From positions 26,260 to 90,259 of IMG/VR virus record IMGVR_UViG_3300035698_035359: a stretch of 64,000 bases of DNA; one strand, 5' to 3'. Shown piece by piece: positions 1 to 8,957 of the stretch; the stretch's first letter is position 1, and the number at the start of each line of letters is the position of its first letter. The notes beneath the pieces are model-generated. The model worked only from the letters and a program-made list of their open reading frames with translations, made no database searches and had not been told where the DNA came from. This DNA is from a virus. Made by a program: the position numbers and the translations under genes.

Positions 1-176
1 TTTAGCCAATGGAAAGCACCTATTAAACTTATTCCTCCCTTCCTCGCACTATTAACTATTGCAAGAAAGTCATTTGTATCCATAATACCTTCTTCTAAGG
101 CTTCTCTAGCTAAAGATATAATCTCTGATACTGTTGCTCCCTTTAAACTGTTTATATACTCTGCTAGGGTGTTCAT
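1..176 (-). CDS. small early protein, runs off window edge (partial)
   Basis: GGAGGT Shine-Dalgarno then ATG at 176; open frame MNTLAEYINSLKGATVSEII... to window start; not in ORF track. Confidence 0.55.
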   Translation of the reverse strand, partial: MNTLAEYINSLKGATVSEIISLAREALEEGIMDTNDFLAIVNSARKGGISLIGAFHWL

Positions 177-281
177 ATCATACCTCCCATCTTATAAAGT
201 TAAAACATCTATTACACACTATATACCACCGTTTCTTTGTTTCGTCATATAGACTTGTTTCATTTTTAGATATACAACAAT

Positions 282-698
282 TCATATCATTTCTCCTCTT
301 AAACTCATAAAATATTTAAATAATAAATTATTTGCACAGCTTGTTTCGTGCCAACTTTTTCTAACAAATTTTATTGGTATTAAAATTCCTAAATAATATC
401 TTCCATCTTTCCATGTAGCGTCATATACTTGATTATTTTTAACATTGAATCCGTGTTCAAAAGGTAAACCTATAAAACTTGTAATACCCCAACCCTCATA
501 ATATTTATGCTGACTATCGCTTATTGCTAGAGATTGGGCGTTATAGTAGCATTGTTTCATTTTACCCCTATTCTCAAGGTATTGAGCACCTTTAAACGAT
601 TCACCTGCTTGTAATACCCACTTATAGTACTCCGTAACAGTATTGTTTTTGTTTGTTTTGTGCATTTTTAGGATTTGTTTTAAGTATTTTTTTATCAT
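282..698 (-). CDS. hypothetical protein with Cys-His-Asp arrangement (papain/transglutaminase-like fold candidate)
   Basis: QCYYNA...YYEG...EHGFN...VYDATW motif order; lies directly downstream of a promoter. Confidence 0.55.
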   Translation of the reverse strand: MIKKYLKQILKMHKTNKNNTVTEYYKWVLQAGESFKGAQYLENRGKMKQCYYNAQSLAISDSQHKYYEGWGITSFIGLPFEHGFNVKNNQVYDATWKDGRYYLGILIPIKFVRKSWHETSCANNLLFKYFMSLRGEMI

Positions 699-718
699 TT
701 TATTTTTCTCTTATTTCT

Positions 719-746
719 ATTGTAACATTTCCAGAGGTGTTGTCAA
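719..746 (-). promoter_or_regulatory. sigma70-type early promoter with extended -10
   Basis: minus strand TTGACA-16 nt-TACAAT with TGn before the -10. Confidence 0.75.
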
Positions 747-749
747 GCA

Positions 750-917
750 TTATTTTTTATTTAATACAACTTTTTTTCCGTCTTGTATCACTTGTAAAAC
801 TATATCTAAGCACTTGTCACATTTGCATAAGTGATTAGTAATTTCATGGACAACCCACTCGTCTTTGATTTCATGTCGCAGATATTCATTTAATCTTTTT
901 AATGTTGGACATTCCAT
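750..917 (-). CDS. 55-aa zinc-binding anti-sigma (zf-HC2/ZAS)-like peptide
   Basis: AAGGAGG SD; translation MECPTLKRLNEYLRHEIKDEWVVHEITNHLCKCDKCLDIV... has N-terminal Cys plus HxxxCxxC; below ORF-track cutoff. Confidence 0.65.
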   Translation of the reverse strand: MECPTLKRLNEYLRHEIKDEWVVHEITNHLCKCDKCLDIVLQVIQDGKKVVLNKK

Positions 918-918
918 T

Positions 919-1146
919 TTATTTTTCCTCCTTACTACTTATTAGAGTAAATATAGTTTCCTTATAATCTTCTAAATCTTTTTGTAATGCTCCTTTTTTT
1001 ATTAATTTTTCCTCCGCCATTAGAACTGCAAAACCTTCTGCGGTCATATATACAGGTAACCCTGTTCCAGTACCAAAATCAAAATGAACCACATAAAACC
1101 CGTGTTTTATGCTCGGCTTTCTTATTTTTAATATTTTTCTACTCAT
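919..1146 (-). CDS. hypothetical early protein
   Basis: 75 aa ORF in tightly packed leftward operon, SD upstream. Confidence 0.6.
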   Translation of the reverse strand: MSRKILKIRKPSIKHGFYVVHFDFGTGTGLPVYMTAEGFAVLMAEEKLIKKGALQKDLEDYKETIFTLISSKEEK

Positions 1147-1286
1147 TTTTTATCTCCTCTCGATTTGATAGATTTTATATCCCAGCTAATATTTTCAATT
1201 TCTCTTATTCTTGCTTTGCTATTTTCGTCTTTGACGGGTTGCATTATTAAATTATAATATTCTCTTACTATATCTATGGTAGTCAT
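1143..1286 (-). CDS. hypothetical small protein
   Basis: likely start MTTIDIV just after the hydrolase stop; ATGA overlap with next gene. Confidence 0.5.
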   Translation of the reverse strand: MTTIDIVREYYNLIMQPVKDENSKARIREIENISWDIKSIKSRGDKK

Positions 1287-1293
1287 TTTATTA

Positions 1294-1719
1294 CTACACT
1301 TTCTTTTTATAAAACGTATGTTGACCAATTTTACAAGTAATTTCCATATCTTTCGCCCACCAGGGAATACCAAATTGCTCTATATTTTCATAGTGAGTGG
1401 CACCCTTTGTAACGTCTGGAGTCCCTAATATAAATACTTTTATTATTATATCCTTTGCCATCTGCTCATATCTCTTACCTTGTCGCTTGACAAAGGGAGT
1501 GAGATCCTTTCGCACTAGGGCTATGCACCCTAAAGATTTTCCTCTTATTAGTCTGTTTCTATATACACAAGTAACTGCGTACATTCCATTGTATCCCTCA
1601 GAAACAGCCTCACCTATAATCCCTTTCCAAAGGTCGCTTGGATAGGTTACTTCTTTGGCATTAACTAAAGATATAGAAAAGTTTAAAACTATTACTACTA
1701 TTAATAAATGTTTAAACAT
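1294..1719 (-). CDS. cell wall hydrolase, SleB/Hydrolase_2 family, with N-terminal signal or membrane anchor
   Basis: GEAVSEGYNGMYAV..V..NR, DVTKGATHY, PWWAK, IGQHTFY motifs typical of Hydrolase_2; hydrophobic N-terminus. Confidence 0.85.
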   Translation of the reverse strand: MFKHLLIVVIVLNFSISLVNAKEVTYPSDLWKGIIGEAVSEGYNGMYAVTCVYRNRLIRGKSLGCIALVRKDLTPFVKRQGKRYEQMAKDIIIKVFILGTPDVTKGATHYENIEQFGIPWWAKDMEITCKIGQHTFYKKKV

Positions 1720-1720
1720 T

Positions 1721-1918
1721 TTATATCCTCATTAGTTTATAGACTTTTTTCCTTGCCTCGTCAATATCAGTTGTACCCTTAAAAAAATCTTTATGATTAT
1801 CGCAGGCGTCAATTGCAATTCTTTCCCCAGTTTGCCTATCCTTCCTACTTATTCTCCATATGCTTTCTACTACCTTCCCTTCTTGATACTTGCAAACATC
1901 ACATATAGTCAGTTTCAT
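1721..1918 (-). CDS. small putative zinc-binding protein
   Basis: ICDVC...DACDNH; AGGAG SD. Confidence 0.6.
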   Translation of the reverse strand: MKLTICDVCKYQEGKVVESIWRISRKDRQTGERIAIDACDNHKDFFKGTTDIDEARKKVYKLMRI

Positions 1919-2097
1919 TTTGTTTCTCCTTTTATTACTTTTATTTGTAAACGGTGGTGTTCTTCAAATACCAATTTAACTCGGAGTAGCTGATTAAATC
2001 AGTTTTTAAAACTCCATTTTCCATGTATGTTATAATTAAATCCATTTTAGTTACCTTTCACCTTTATAGATTCCTTATTAATATTATTAATAGATAT

Positions 2098-2238
2098 CTA
2101 TTCTCCAATTATCTTCAATTTAATTTCTGTGGGATTAACATCTTTCATATCTGGTAAATTTTCACAGATAATTTCTTCTTCCAATCCATTTTTTCTTAAA
2201 ATCTTTTCATAGTATTTTACTTTTTGCTTGGTTGTCAT
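2098..2238 (-). CDS. small hypothetical protein (46 aa)
   Basis: AAAGGAGG SD, MTTKQKVKYYEKILRK...; not in ORF track. Confidence 0.55.
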   Translation of the reverse strand: MTTKQKVKYYEKILRKNGLEEEIICENLPDMKDVNPTEIKLKIIGE

Positions 2239-2280
2239 TTTGTTCCTCCTTTATTAATATTATTAATATCGTCTTATTTT

Positions 2281-2309
2281 ATTGTTGCATATTAGCTTTC
2301 TTTTGTCAA
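2281..2309 (-). promoter_or_regulatory. probable sigma70-type promoter
   Basis: TTGACA-17 nt-AACAAT with TGn; weaker -10. Confidence 0.45.
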
Positions 2310-2472
2310 TGCTTTATATTCATATTGATAGGTTGCCAACTTTGCTCCCAGTTTCAGGTTTAAAGGTTTACGTCTGATTAAATTTCTAATACGTTTTGCC
2401 AAAATCTGCGGTCTTTTCTCCCTGTTTACAGTTGGGTTTGGTATATTGTTTTGCATTTCATTTCCTTTCTTT

Positions 2473-2775
2473 TTACTTCGTTAATTTATATGCTCTATAT
2501 TCGCCCCAAAAATAGTCATTAATAGTATCAAGGGTCCCAAAATAATGTCCTCTATGTATCACTCCATAACCTTTAATACCATATATTTCACCTGTTGCAT
2601 TTACTATCATATATTTTCCGCAACCGCCTAAGTCTATATTAGTATATTTTCTTTTCATTATATATCTTGCAACCGCATTGTCCAGATTACATTGGCAATC
2701 AAGTCCAGTTTCTTTTAACCTTTGATGTTGGTCTATTGTAATTTTATCGCATAGTGCCTGAAGTTTAGTTTCCAT
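2473..2775 (-). CDS. hypothetical early protein
   Basis: 100 aa ORF with SD, ...KYTNID...GEIYGIKGYG. Confidence 0.7.
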   Translation of the reverse strand: METKLQALCDKITIDQHQRLKETGLDCQCNLDNAVARYIMKRKYTNIDLGGCGKYMIVNATGEIYGIKGYGVIHRGHYFGTLDTINDYFWGEYRAYKLTK

Positions 2776-2776
2776 T

Positions 2777-2968
2777 TCATCCCTTTACATTTTTTGAAAT
2801 CAGTTTTATTTTAAAATCCCGTCCTAATGAAATAACCCCTTTATCATTGTCCCATTCTATATGTTTCTTTCTGATAAACTTTCTGATATTCCTTCTTGCT
2901 GGTTGCTCGAATCGTCCACCCATAATCAAGTCGTAAATATCCTCAAATAATAATTCATGTTTCGTCAT
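2777..2968 (-). CDS. hypothetical early protein
   Basis: packed ORF, SD upstream. Confidence 0.6.
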   Translation of the reverse strand: MTKHELLFEDIYDLIMGGRFEQPARRNIRKFIRKKHIEWDNDKGVISLGRDFKIKLISKNVKG

Positions 2969-2988
2969 TATCTTCTACCTTTCTGCCA

Positions 2989-3198
2989 TTAGATGGTTTT
3001 ATTATAGTGAAAGCATTTATCAAGATATAATTTTGCTTTAATCCTAGCGTCTTCCTCCGTTGTACCGTCAATTATAGCATTACTACACTTTTTCCCACCC
3101 CTCGTAAATGTTGCAAAGGAGGCAGTTTTCCCCTTTTCTACATTTATTTTAAATCCTCTATATGTTTTATATTTCATATTTTCCCCCTTAGCCTTCAT
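2989..3198 (-). CDS. hypothetical early protein
   Basis: packed ORF; true start may be MKYKTYRG after GGGGG SD. Confidence 0.6.
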   Translation of the reverse strand: MKAKGENMKYKTYRGFKINVEKGKTASFATFTRGGKKCSNAIIDGTTEEDARIKAKLYLDKCFHYNKTI

Positions 3199-3199
3199 G

Positions 3200-3412
3200 T
3201 TATTCTGAATATTCCTCCCTTAGCCACTTCTTTGCAACTGATATCTTTCTTGTGTTGTATCGAACGATATCCACTCCGTCAAGTGTGATATCATATTGCC
3301 CTTGATACCTATTGAATGTTAAAATATATCTTTTTTTATTTATTATTGTTACACCGTCGGTTGCGTTGTTATGTAGTTTAATAACTGCGTTATTGATTGC
3401 TCTTACATCCAT
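3200..3412 (-). CDS. hypothetical early protein
   Basis: AGGAGG SD, 70 aa. Confidence 0.65.
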   Translation of the reverse strand: MDVRAINNAVIKLHNNATDGVTIINKKRYILTFNRYQGQYDITLDGVDIVRYNTRKISVAKKWLREEYSE

Positions 3413-3763
3413 ATATCCTCCTATCGATTAACTACGTTTCTTATTGATAAATATATCTCAATCTAACATCTGCTATTTTGCCTATTACTTCGCCAATCTC
3501 TTCGGCTCTTATCTTATCTCCGTTATGCCACAAAGTCCTTGCTATACTTTGTAATCTTATCATACGAGCTGATAAACTTTCGTATCTGCCTTGTGTGTCT
3601 TTAAACATCTTGCTTCCTTTCTTTTAACTACGTTTATTCCTCATTAATAGTATCAGCGTTACAATCAGGGCACATTAAAACACCCTTATACTTAATCATA
3701 TCTCTTCCACAATTACACTTCATATTTTCCCCTTCGGTTATGTTGCGTTCTTATTGATAATTC

Positions 3764-3791
3764 ATTTTATCACATTCCAAATATTTGTCAA
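3764..3791 (-). promoter_or_regulatory. sigma70-type early promoter with extended -10
   Basis: TTGACA-16 nt-TAAAAT with TGn, AT-rich upstream. Confidence 0.75.
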
Positions 3792-3812
3792 GAACTATTT
3801 TAAAAAATAAAA

Positions 3813-4019
3813 TTATTCCAAATTCTCGTTGAGCATATTAAATCCCAACTTTAATTTATATCCATTCTTGCGGTTTATATCTGTTGCTAAATCATTGGTA
3901 GGATGTCCAATATCTAATATTTTACCATATCGACATTCAGTACAGAACATTTTATGGTGTTTTGTACAGGGTTTGATTGCATTTTTTTCCTCTTGACTTA
4001 GTTTTAGTTTTTCAAACAT
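3813..4019 (-). CDS. hypothetical Cys/His-containing small protein
   Basis: GGAGG SD; CTKHHKMFCTEC. Confidence 0.6.
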   Translation of the reverse strand: MFEKLKLSQEEKNAIKPCTKHHKMFCTECRYGKILDIGHPTNDLATDINRKNGYKLKLGFNMLNENLE

Positions 4020-4523
4020 TTTAAACCTCCTTTAAGGTTATATTATTCGGGGCTATCCTAAATGTACTATATCGTAGGACTATCCTGAATTTATCATATA
4101 GCCAAAATTTTAAGATTTTTCCAGGATTTTGATTCGTGAATTCAATCACGGACTCCGTTATTCTGGTAACGGACTTAGATTCGGTATAGTATCCATGCTC
4201 CACTCATGCTTCCTCATGCTCGCCCTTACATGATTATCCTCGGAGTCATAGATTGTATTATTAATAGTATTAATAAAATCCAGATACATCCTTAACTTAC
4301 CTCCTATGTGGTAGGCATGTTGATTGACTTACTTATATACTCTATGCTCCTTGGAGCATGGTTCCAGCTTGTCCTCGTCTATCTCCTTTGTGTTTTTCTG
4401 TCTGTCAATACTTAGTACTAATTCCAGTAGGTGTTATTGGCAATTTTCTTGCGTCAATAATTCCAATTATTATGGTAGGATTTTTTTACTGTTGATTGAT
4501 TCATAAAAAATTATTAATAATTA

Positions 4524-4829
4524 TTAAAATAAATCCACCACTACTTTTGGCAAGTGTTTAAAAGCCATAATTCCATACCTATCTTTTGGCAATTTTTTGG
4601 CGATATCTTTTTTCATTCTACATAAACCTGTACCGATTTTATAACCGTATTTAATACTTGAAAGTGGGTGGCTTGTCACATAGACCAAGGTTAATGGACA
4701 CCAAATTAATCCGCCAATCATAAAAATCGAAATCGCCTTTTTTAAATTTCCTATAACATCTCTGTATTTATACCATAGGAATTTTATTACAATTATTACT
4801 ACCATTATTATTATCAGGTATTTTATCAT
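4524..4829 (-). CDS. small membrane protein
   Basis: two hydrophobic segments; AGGAG SD. Confidence 0.65.
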   Translation of the reverse strand: MIKYLIIIMVVIIVIKFLWYKYRDVIGNLKKAISIFMIGGLIWCPLTLVYVTSHPLSSIKYGYKIGTGLCRMKKDIAKKLPKDRYGIMAFKHLPKVVVDLF

Positions 4830-4953
4830 GATACTTCTCCTTTTTGTTATGTTGTATTATACAATTAAGCAAGTAGGTAATCATGCGGAGGATTAATTCT
4901 CCTACTTGATACCTTACTTGCTGATTCATAGCTTGACCCTATCCTCTCTTGCT

Positions 4954-6930
4954 TTACAGTACATCCAAAAATGCTCGTTCCAAAATTTCATTTGCGGTAT
5001 CAGGTTCTGTAATGTTATAATCTCCAAATAATTCTTGGACATCTTCATCATTTTCATTAATATCTATACCCACAAAAATGAACCTAGCCCCGTCGGTTTG
5101 TAGTTTGTTGGTTAATTCATTAATATCCTCGGGATAAACATTTGCATCCGTCAAAATTACTACCGCTTGGTCGGTACATTCTGAATCTTCCTTCAATTCA
5201 GCTACCACATGATTGACCGCATTTGCCAATCGGGTGTCATTAGTACCCGCCATTATTCTTTTTGATTCGTATTCATAGGTGAATTTTTTATCGGTATAAT
5301 CTTCCGAATTAATCAACCTAACGGTACGAGCTCCAAAGGAATAAATTGTAAAATCTGCAGGCGCACCCTCATTAATTGCTTTACTAAAGGCGTCGGCAAT
5401 TTTAATTGTGGCTTCAAGTGCTATATCTTTCCTGGTTAAAAGGCTAAACCTATTTTCTTCATGATTAAATTTTTTGCGATCCATAGAACCTGAGGCATCA
5501 ATTATGAAGGCAACTTTGGTTTTGGTTTCTTGTTTATAAGGGTCTAAAAATAACTGGTCTTCCGAGGTATACAAATCATGAAACCTACTTTCATTTAAAT
5601 AAGCACCTTCATCCGATTCAATTTTTTGGTCTCGTTTCATTATTAATACTTCTTTAATAATTTCCTCTAATGCGGGAGTGGCTTCTATTTTGACCACATC
5701 TTTTTTGGTTTCGATTAATGATTCAGAATCTAGAGCTTTAAATCCAAGGATGTCTTTAGGTTCTCCCTGACCACATAGCTTGTTGGCTTCGTATGCTATG
5801 TTATTTTTTAAAGTATTAATTGAATTATCAATTTCCCTCCTTTCTCTTGTTTTATCGAATTGATTATCATTAGCCTTTTGGTAATTTGCATGAGCCTTAT
5901 AGTATTTTTCCTTACATTCTTCTTCCAATTTACTATACTTTTTTTCCTTTGTGATTTCACCTTTTCTTTGGGCATTATATCTTTTGGTTTGATAGGTTCT
6001 CCATCTGCGCCTTGCTGTTTTCAGTTCCTTTCTTTCCGAATTAATATCGTTTACATCTGTATTTAATTTTTCTTTGATTTCTTCTTGCTTTTCCAATTCT
6101 TCAATATTTTCCTTGAGTTCAGAAAGGTTTGGTTCTTCTGCATTTTCCTCATTATCTGGAGTATTGTCTCCTTCTTTATCTCCTTCATTATTATTAGGCG
6201 CTTGATTGCTTGATTCAGACTCCTTTTTTTCTTCTTCCTGATTCTTGTCCGTTGCAGATTCTTTTTGGTTGTTTTGCTTATTTCCTTTATTATCTTCCTT
6301 CGATTCATTACTATTACCTGAATCTGAAGATGTTCCTTGTCCCTGCTGAGGTTCTGGTGGATTTTTTAACATTTCACCAACTATTTTTTTGATTAATTCT
6401 TTGGCTATCGGAACTAATGTTTCGGTATTTTCGGCATTTATAGCCTTCGGTATATATTCGGAAAATGATTCTATCAATTTAATAGTTTTTGAATCATAAA
6501 CCCTTTCCAAAGGAATTTTATAAGATTTTAAAATTAATCCCTTTAAAATTTTCCGCGCTATTTTTTCCTTCTGTAAACTTCCTTTACTTCTTTTTATTAC
6601 TCCTTCCACCAATAACTCTTGAAACTCCATCGATTTCGGATACCGTTTGGAGGTTAAAGTATCAATTCTAATATCCTCCAGGGCATTTAAGGTTTCGAAT
6701 TCTATGGTAGATAATTCACTGGTAATATGCCGACTGAAATCGGTATATCTGATATGCCCCGTTTCATGTAACAAGGCACCTAATACTGAATAAATAGCCT
6801 CTTCTCGCATACAGGTTGGAAGAGTGATTATTTTTCCATCGGTTTGAGGTGTTGCATTGTCCTCGAATTTTACCGTACATCTAATAGTTTCCGCTAAATG
6901 TCTTGCAAGTATTTGAAATCTACTTTGCAT
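4954..6930 (-). CDS. CobT-like vWA domain protein with N-terminal HExxH motif (partner of MoxR-type ATPase)
   Basis: LLHETGH, NALEDIRID, acidic low-complexity linker, C-terminal MIDAS IIDASGSM...ILTD. Confidence 0.85.
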   Translation of the reverse strand: MQSRFQILARHLAETIRCTVKFEDNATPQTDGKIITLPTCMREEAIYSVLGALLHETGHIRYTDFSRHITSELSTIEFETLNALEDIRIDTLTSKRYPKSMEFQELLVEGVIKRSKGSLQKEKIARKILKGLILKSYKIPLERVYDSKTIKLIESFSEYIPKAINAENTETLVPIAKELIKKIVGEMLKNPPEPQQGQGTSSDSGNSNESKEDNKGNKQNNQKESATDKNQEEEKKESESSNQAPNNNEGDKEGDNTPDNEENAEEPNLSELKENIEELEKQEEIKEKLNTDVNDINSERKELKTARRRWRTYQTKRYNAQRKGEITKEKKYSKLEEECKEKYYKAHANYQKANDNQFDKTRERREIDNSINTLKNNIAYEANKLCGQGEPKDILGFKALDSESLIETKKDVVKIEATPALEEIIKEVLIMKRDQKIESDEGAYLNESRFHDLYTSEDQLFLDPYKQETKTKVAFIIDASGSMDRKKFNHEENRFSLLTRKDIALEATIKIADAFSKAINEGAPADFTIYSFGARTVRLINSEDYTDKKFTYEYESKRIMAGTNDTRLANAVNHVVAELKEDSECTDQAVVILTDANVYPEDINELTNKLQTDGARFIFVGIDINENDEDVQELFGDYNITEPDTANEILERAFLDVL

Positions 6931-6976
6931 GATAAATTACCTCCATAATTTTAGGTTATTTTTATTTTTTGTTTAC

Positions 6977-8074
6977 TTATTCTGAATCTATTTCCTCAAA
7001 CGCTTTGGCGCCAAAGCAAATTTTGGCAATATCTTCCAGTGATTTCATTTCCCTCTCCGATGCCGTTGCAATTGCTGAATTGTAAAATCCATAAGAAAGC
7101 GCCGTTTTTACAGAATCTCCATTTTTTAGAAAATGGCTTATTCTCTGTATTGACCTTAAACTAATAACAGCCCGTAATCCTTGTTCCTTTATCACTCTTA
7201 AAACCTCGGAATAAAACCGTTTTAAGCTTTCAGTATTTTCTTCCGAATTGGTTTTGAAAAGATTTTCCATATCTTCGGTCTTAAATTGCTCCATAGGAAC
7301 TGTCATACATCTGTCAACTAAAGCCACATTAAATTTATTGGTACCTGCATACCTTCCCGAGACAGGATTACAAGATAAGAAAATACTACATTCAGGATGG
7401 ACATTAATTACTTTTCCAGACCCTGCATCCTTTAAGAATATTTTCCTATAACCTGGTTCCAATAACTCATGTAGGAAAAATTGCTTGCTTGGCGGTAGGC
7501 AATTAACCTCATCCAAAAGAATTATTGAGGGCACTTGCAGTAATTCAATCAAAGCACCCATCCGAAAGTATGTGGTTCCACTAATAATTTCCCTCTTGCC
7601 AATAAACTCTTTTAAAATTGCTGAATCATCACATGCAATCCTTAAAAATGGCTTTTTAGTTTCTGCGGCTATTTGGCGTGGCATGTATGATTTTCCCGTA
7701 CCAGCCTCACCTACTAATAACATGGCGCCATAATGTTTCCAATTAGTGCTGATACCGTTTTCAATCTTGGACATTATTTCAGCATCCACTTCCCGTTTTT
7801 TATAATTTGGGTCGGCTTGTGGAATATAATCTGCTGGATTAATGTTTGCTGGAATTACACTAACAAAATCGGTAGGATTTTTATCTACCAATCTGTTGAT
7901 TGCACCCGCTGAAATATCTCCTTTGGTTGATTGCTTGCTTGATTCTTCTTCTACTTTACGGAGCCAATAATAAGCTTGGGCTTTACTGATACCCAATTCT
8001 TTGGCTAATACTTCGGGATTATTTCCTATCTTTTCAATTGCTTCCTCTACCTTTGCTATTTTTAATCTTTTCAC
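6977..8074 (-). CDS. MoxR/CbbQ/CobS-type AAA+ ATPase with N-terminal HTH
   Basis: Walker A GEAGTGKS, Walker B ILLDEVN, NP..YAGT...ALVDR; N-terminal LAKELGISKAQAYYW. Confidence 0.9.
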   Translation of the reverse strand: MKRLKIAKVEEAIEKIGNNPEVLAKELGISKAQAYYWLRKVEEESSKQSTKGDISAGAINRLVDKNPTDFVSVIPANINPADYIPQADPNYKKREVDAEIMSKIENGISTNWKHYGAMLLVGEAGTGKSYMPRQIAAETKKPFLRIACDDSAILKEFIGKREIISGTTYFRMGALIELLQVPSIILLDEVNCLPPSKQFFLHELLEPGYRKIFLKDAGSGKVINVHPECSIFLSCNPVSGRYAGTNKFNVALVDRCMTVPMEQFKTEDMENLFKTNSEENTESLKRFYSEVLRVIKEQGLRAVISLRSIQRISHFLKNGDSVKTALSYGFYNSAIATASEREMKSLEDIAKICFGAKAFEEIDSE

Positions 8075-8116
8075 CTTATACCTCCTGTTTGATGTTAGTT
8101 AAAATTATTATTCTGA

Positions 8117-8305
8117 TTACCTTATTACTTCTAGTTTATTCTGCCTAAATTTATACTTCTTTAATCTGTCACGGTCATTATGGTCTTCCGCATAAAAGAC
8201 GTAACCGTATTTTACTACCGTTACGTTTACAATTTTTATCCGCTTTGATTGCTCCACTTGGCGTAATCTCTTTTTATCCAATGAATCTAAATAGGAACTA
8301 TTCAT
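8117..8305 (-). CDS. hypothetical small protein
   Basis: AAGGAG SD, 62 aa. Confidence 0.55.
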   Translation of the reverse strand: MNSSYLDSLDKKRLRQVEQSKRIKIVNVTVVKYGYVFYAEDHNDRDRLKKYKFRQNKLEVIR

Positions 8306-8929
8306 TAAATTCTCCTTTGTTTACTGATTATAGTTTATACAGTTTGTTTTTTCTTCTTCATTCAAACAACTAGACAAATTACCTTTATAATCTTCCTTTA
8401 TTTCACTAATCATCATTTCATCATACCCTAGGCAATCAATTAAATAATTGATTATCATTTTATTGGTTAATTTCACTATTTACCTCCATAGCTTTTGGTT
8501 AATTTGTGTTCAATTATTAATACTGATACACCAATTATTATTACAAGTGCTATAAAACAAATTCCCCACAAGTTTGGCATAAATTATTCTCCTTGATTGA
8601 TTGTTATTAATAAATTATTATAATCTTGATTACTTTTATTCTTTTATACTTGTATTACTTCATTATTAATAACAGCTTTACCCAGCAATTATTAAAAATG
8701 CAAAACTTAGTATTGCCGTCTATAATTTATAATCATAACGGCTAAGATTAATTGATAAAGATTATCTGATTAGGTATGTAGAGTACCCTCCAGGTCTTCA
8801 ATTTTAATCAGTTGAGGTTAAGCAAGCTCGGCACGAGAGCATCCTCTGACGGAATAATATCCGTTTCGATTCACGATTCGGCTGTCTTTACTATTTAACC
8901 TTACTTTAATTTATCATAGAACTGTATTT

Positions 8930-8957
8930 ATTATAGCATACCAGCGTATACTGTCAA
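8930..8957 (-). promoter_or_regulatory. strong sigma70-type promoter heading the leftward early region
   Basis: TTGACA-16 nt-TATAAT with TGn. Confidence 0.85.

Noticed and set aside
8800-8880. Hammerhead ribozyme (minus strand CGAAAC-stem-GTC)
   Set aside because: The required CUGANGA core with matching stems I and II could not be placed; kept only as an unexplained structured leader.
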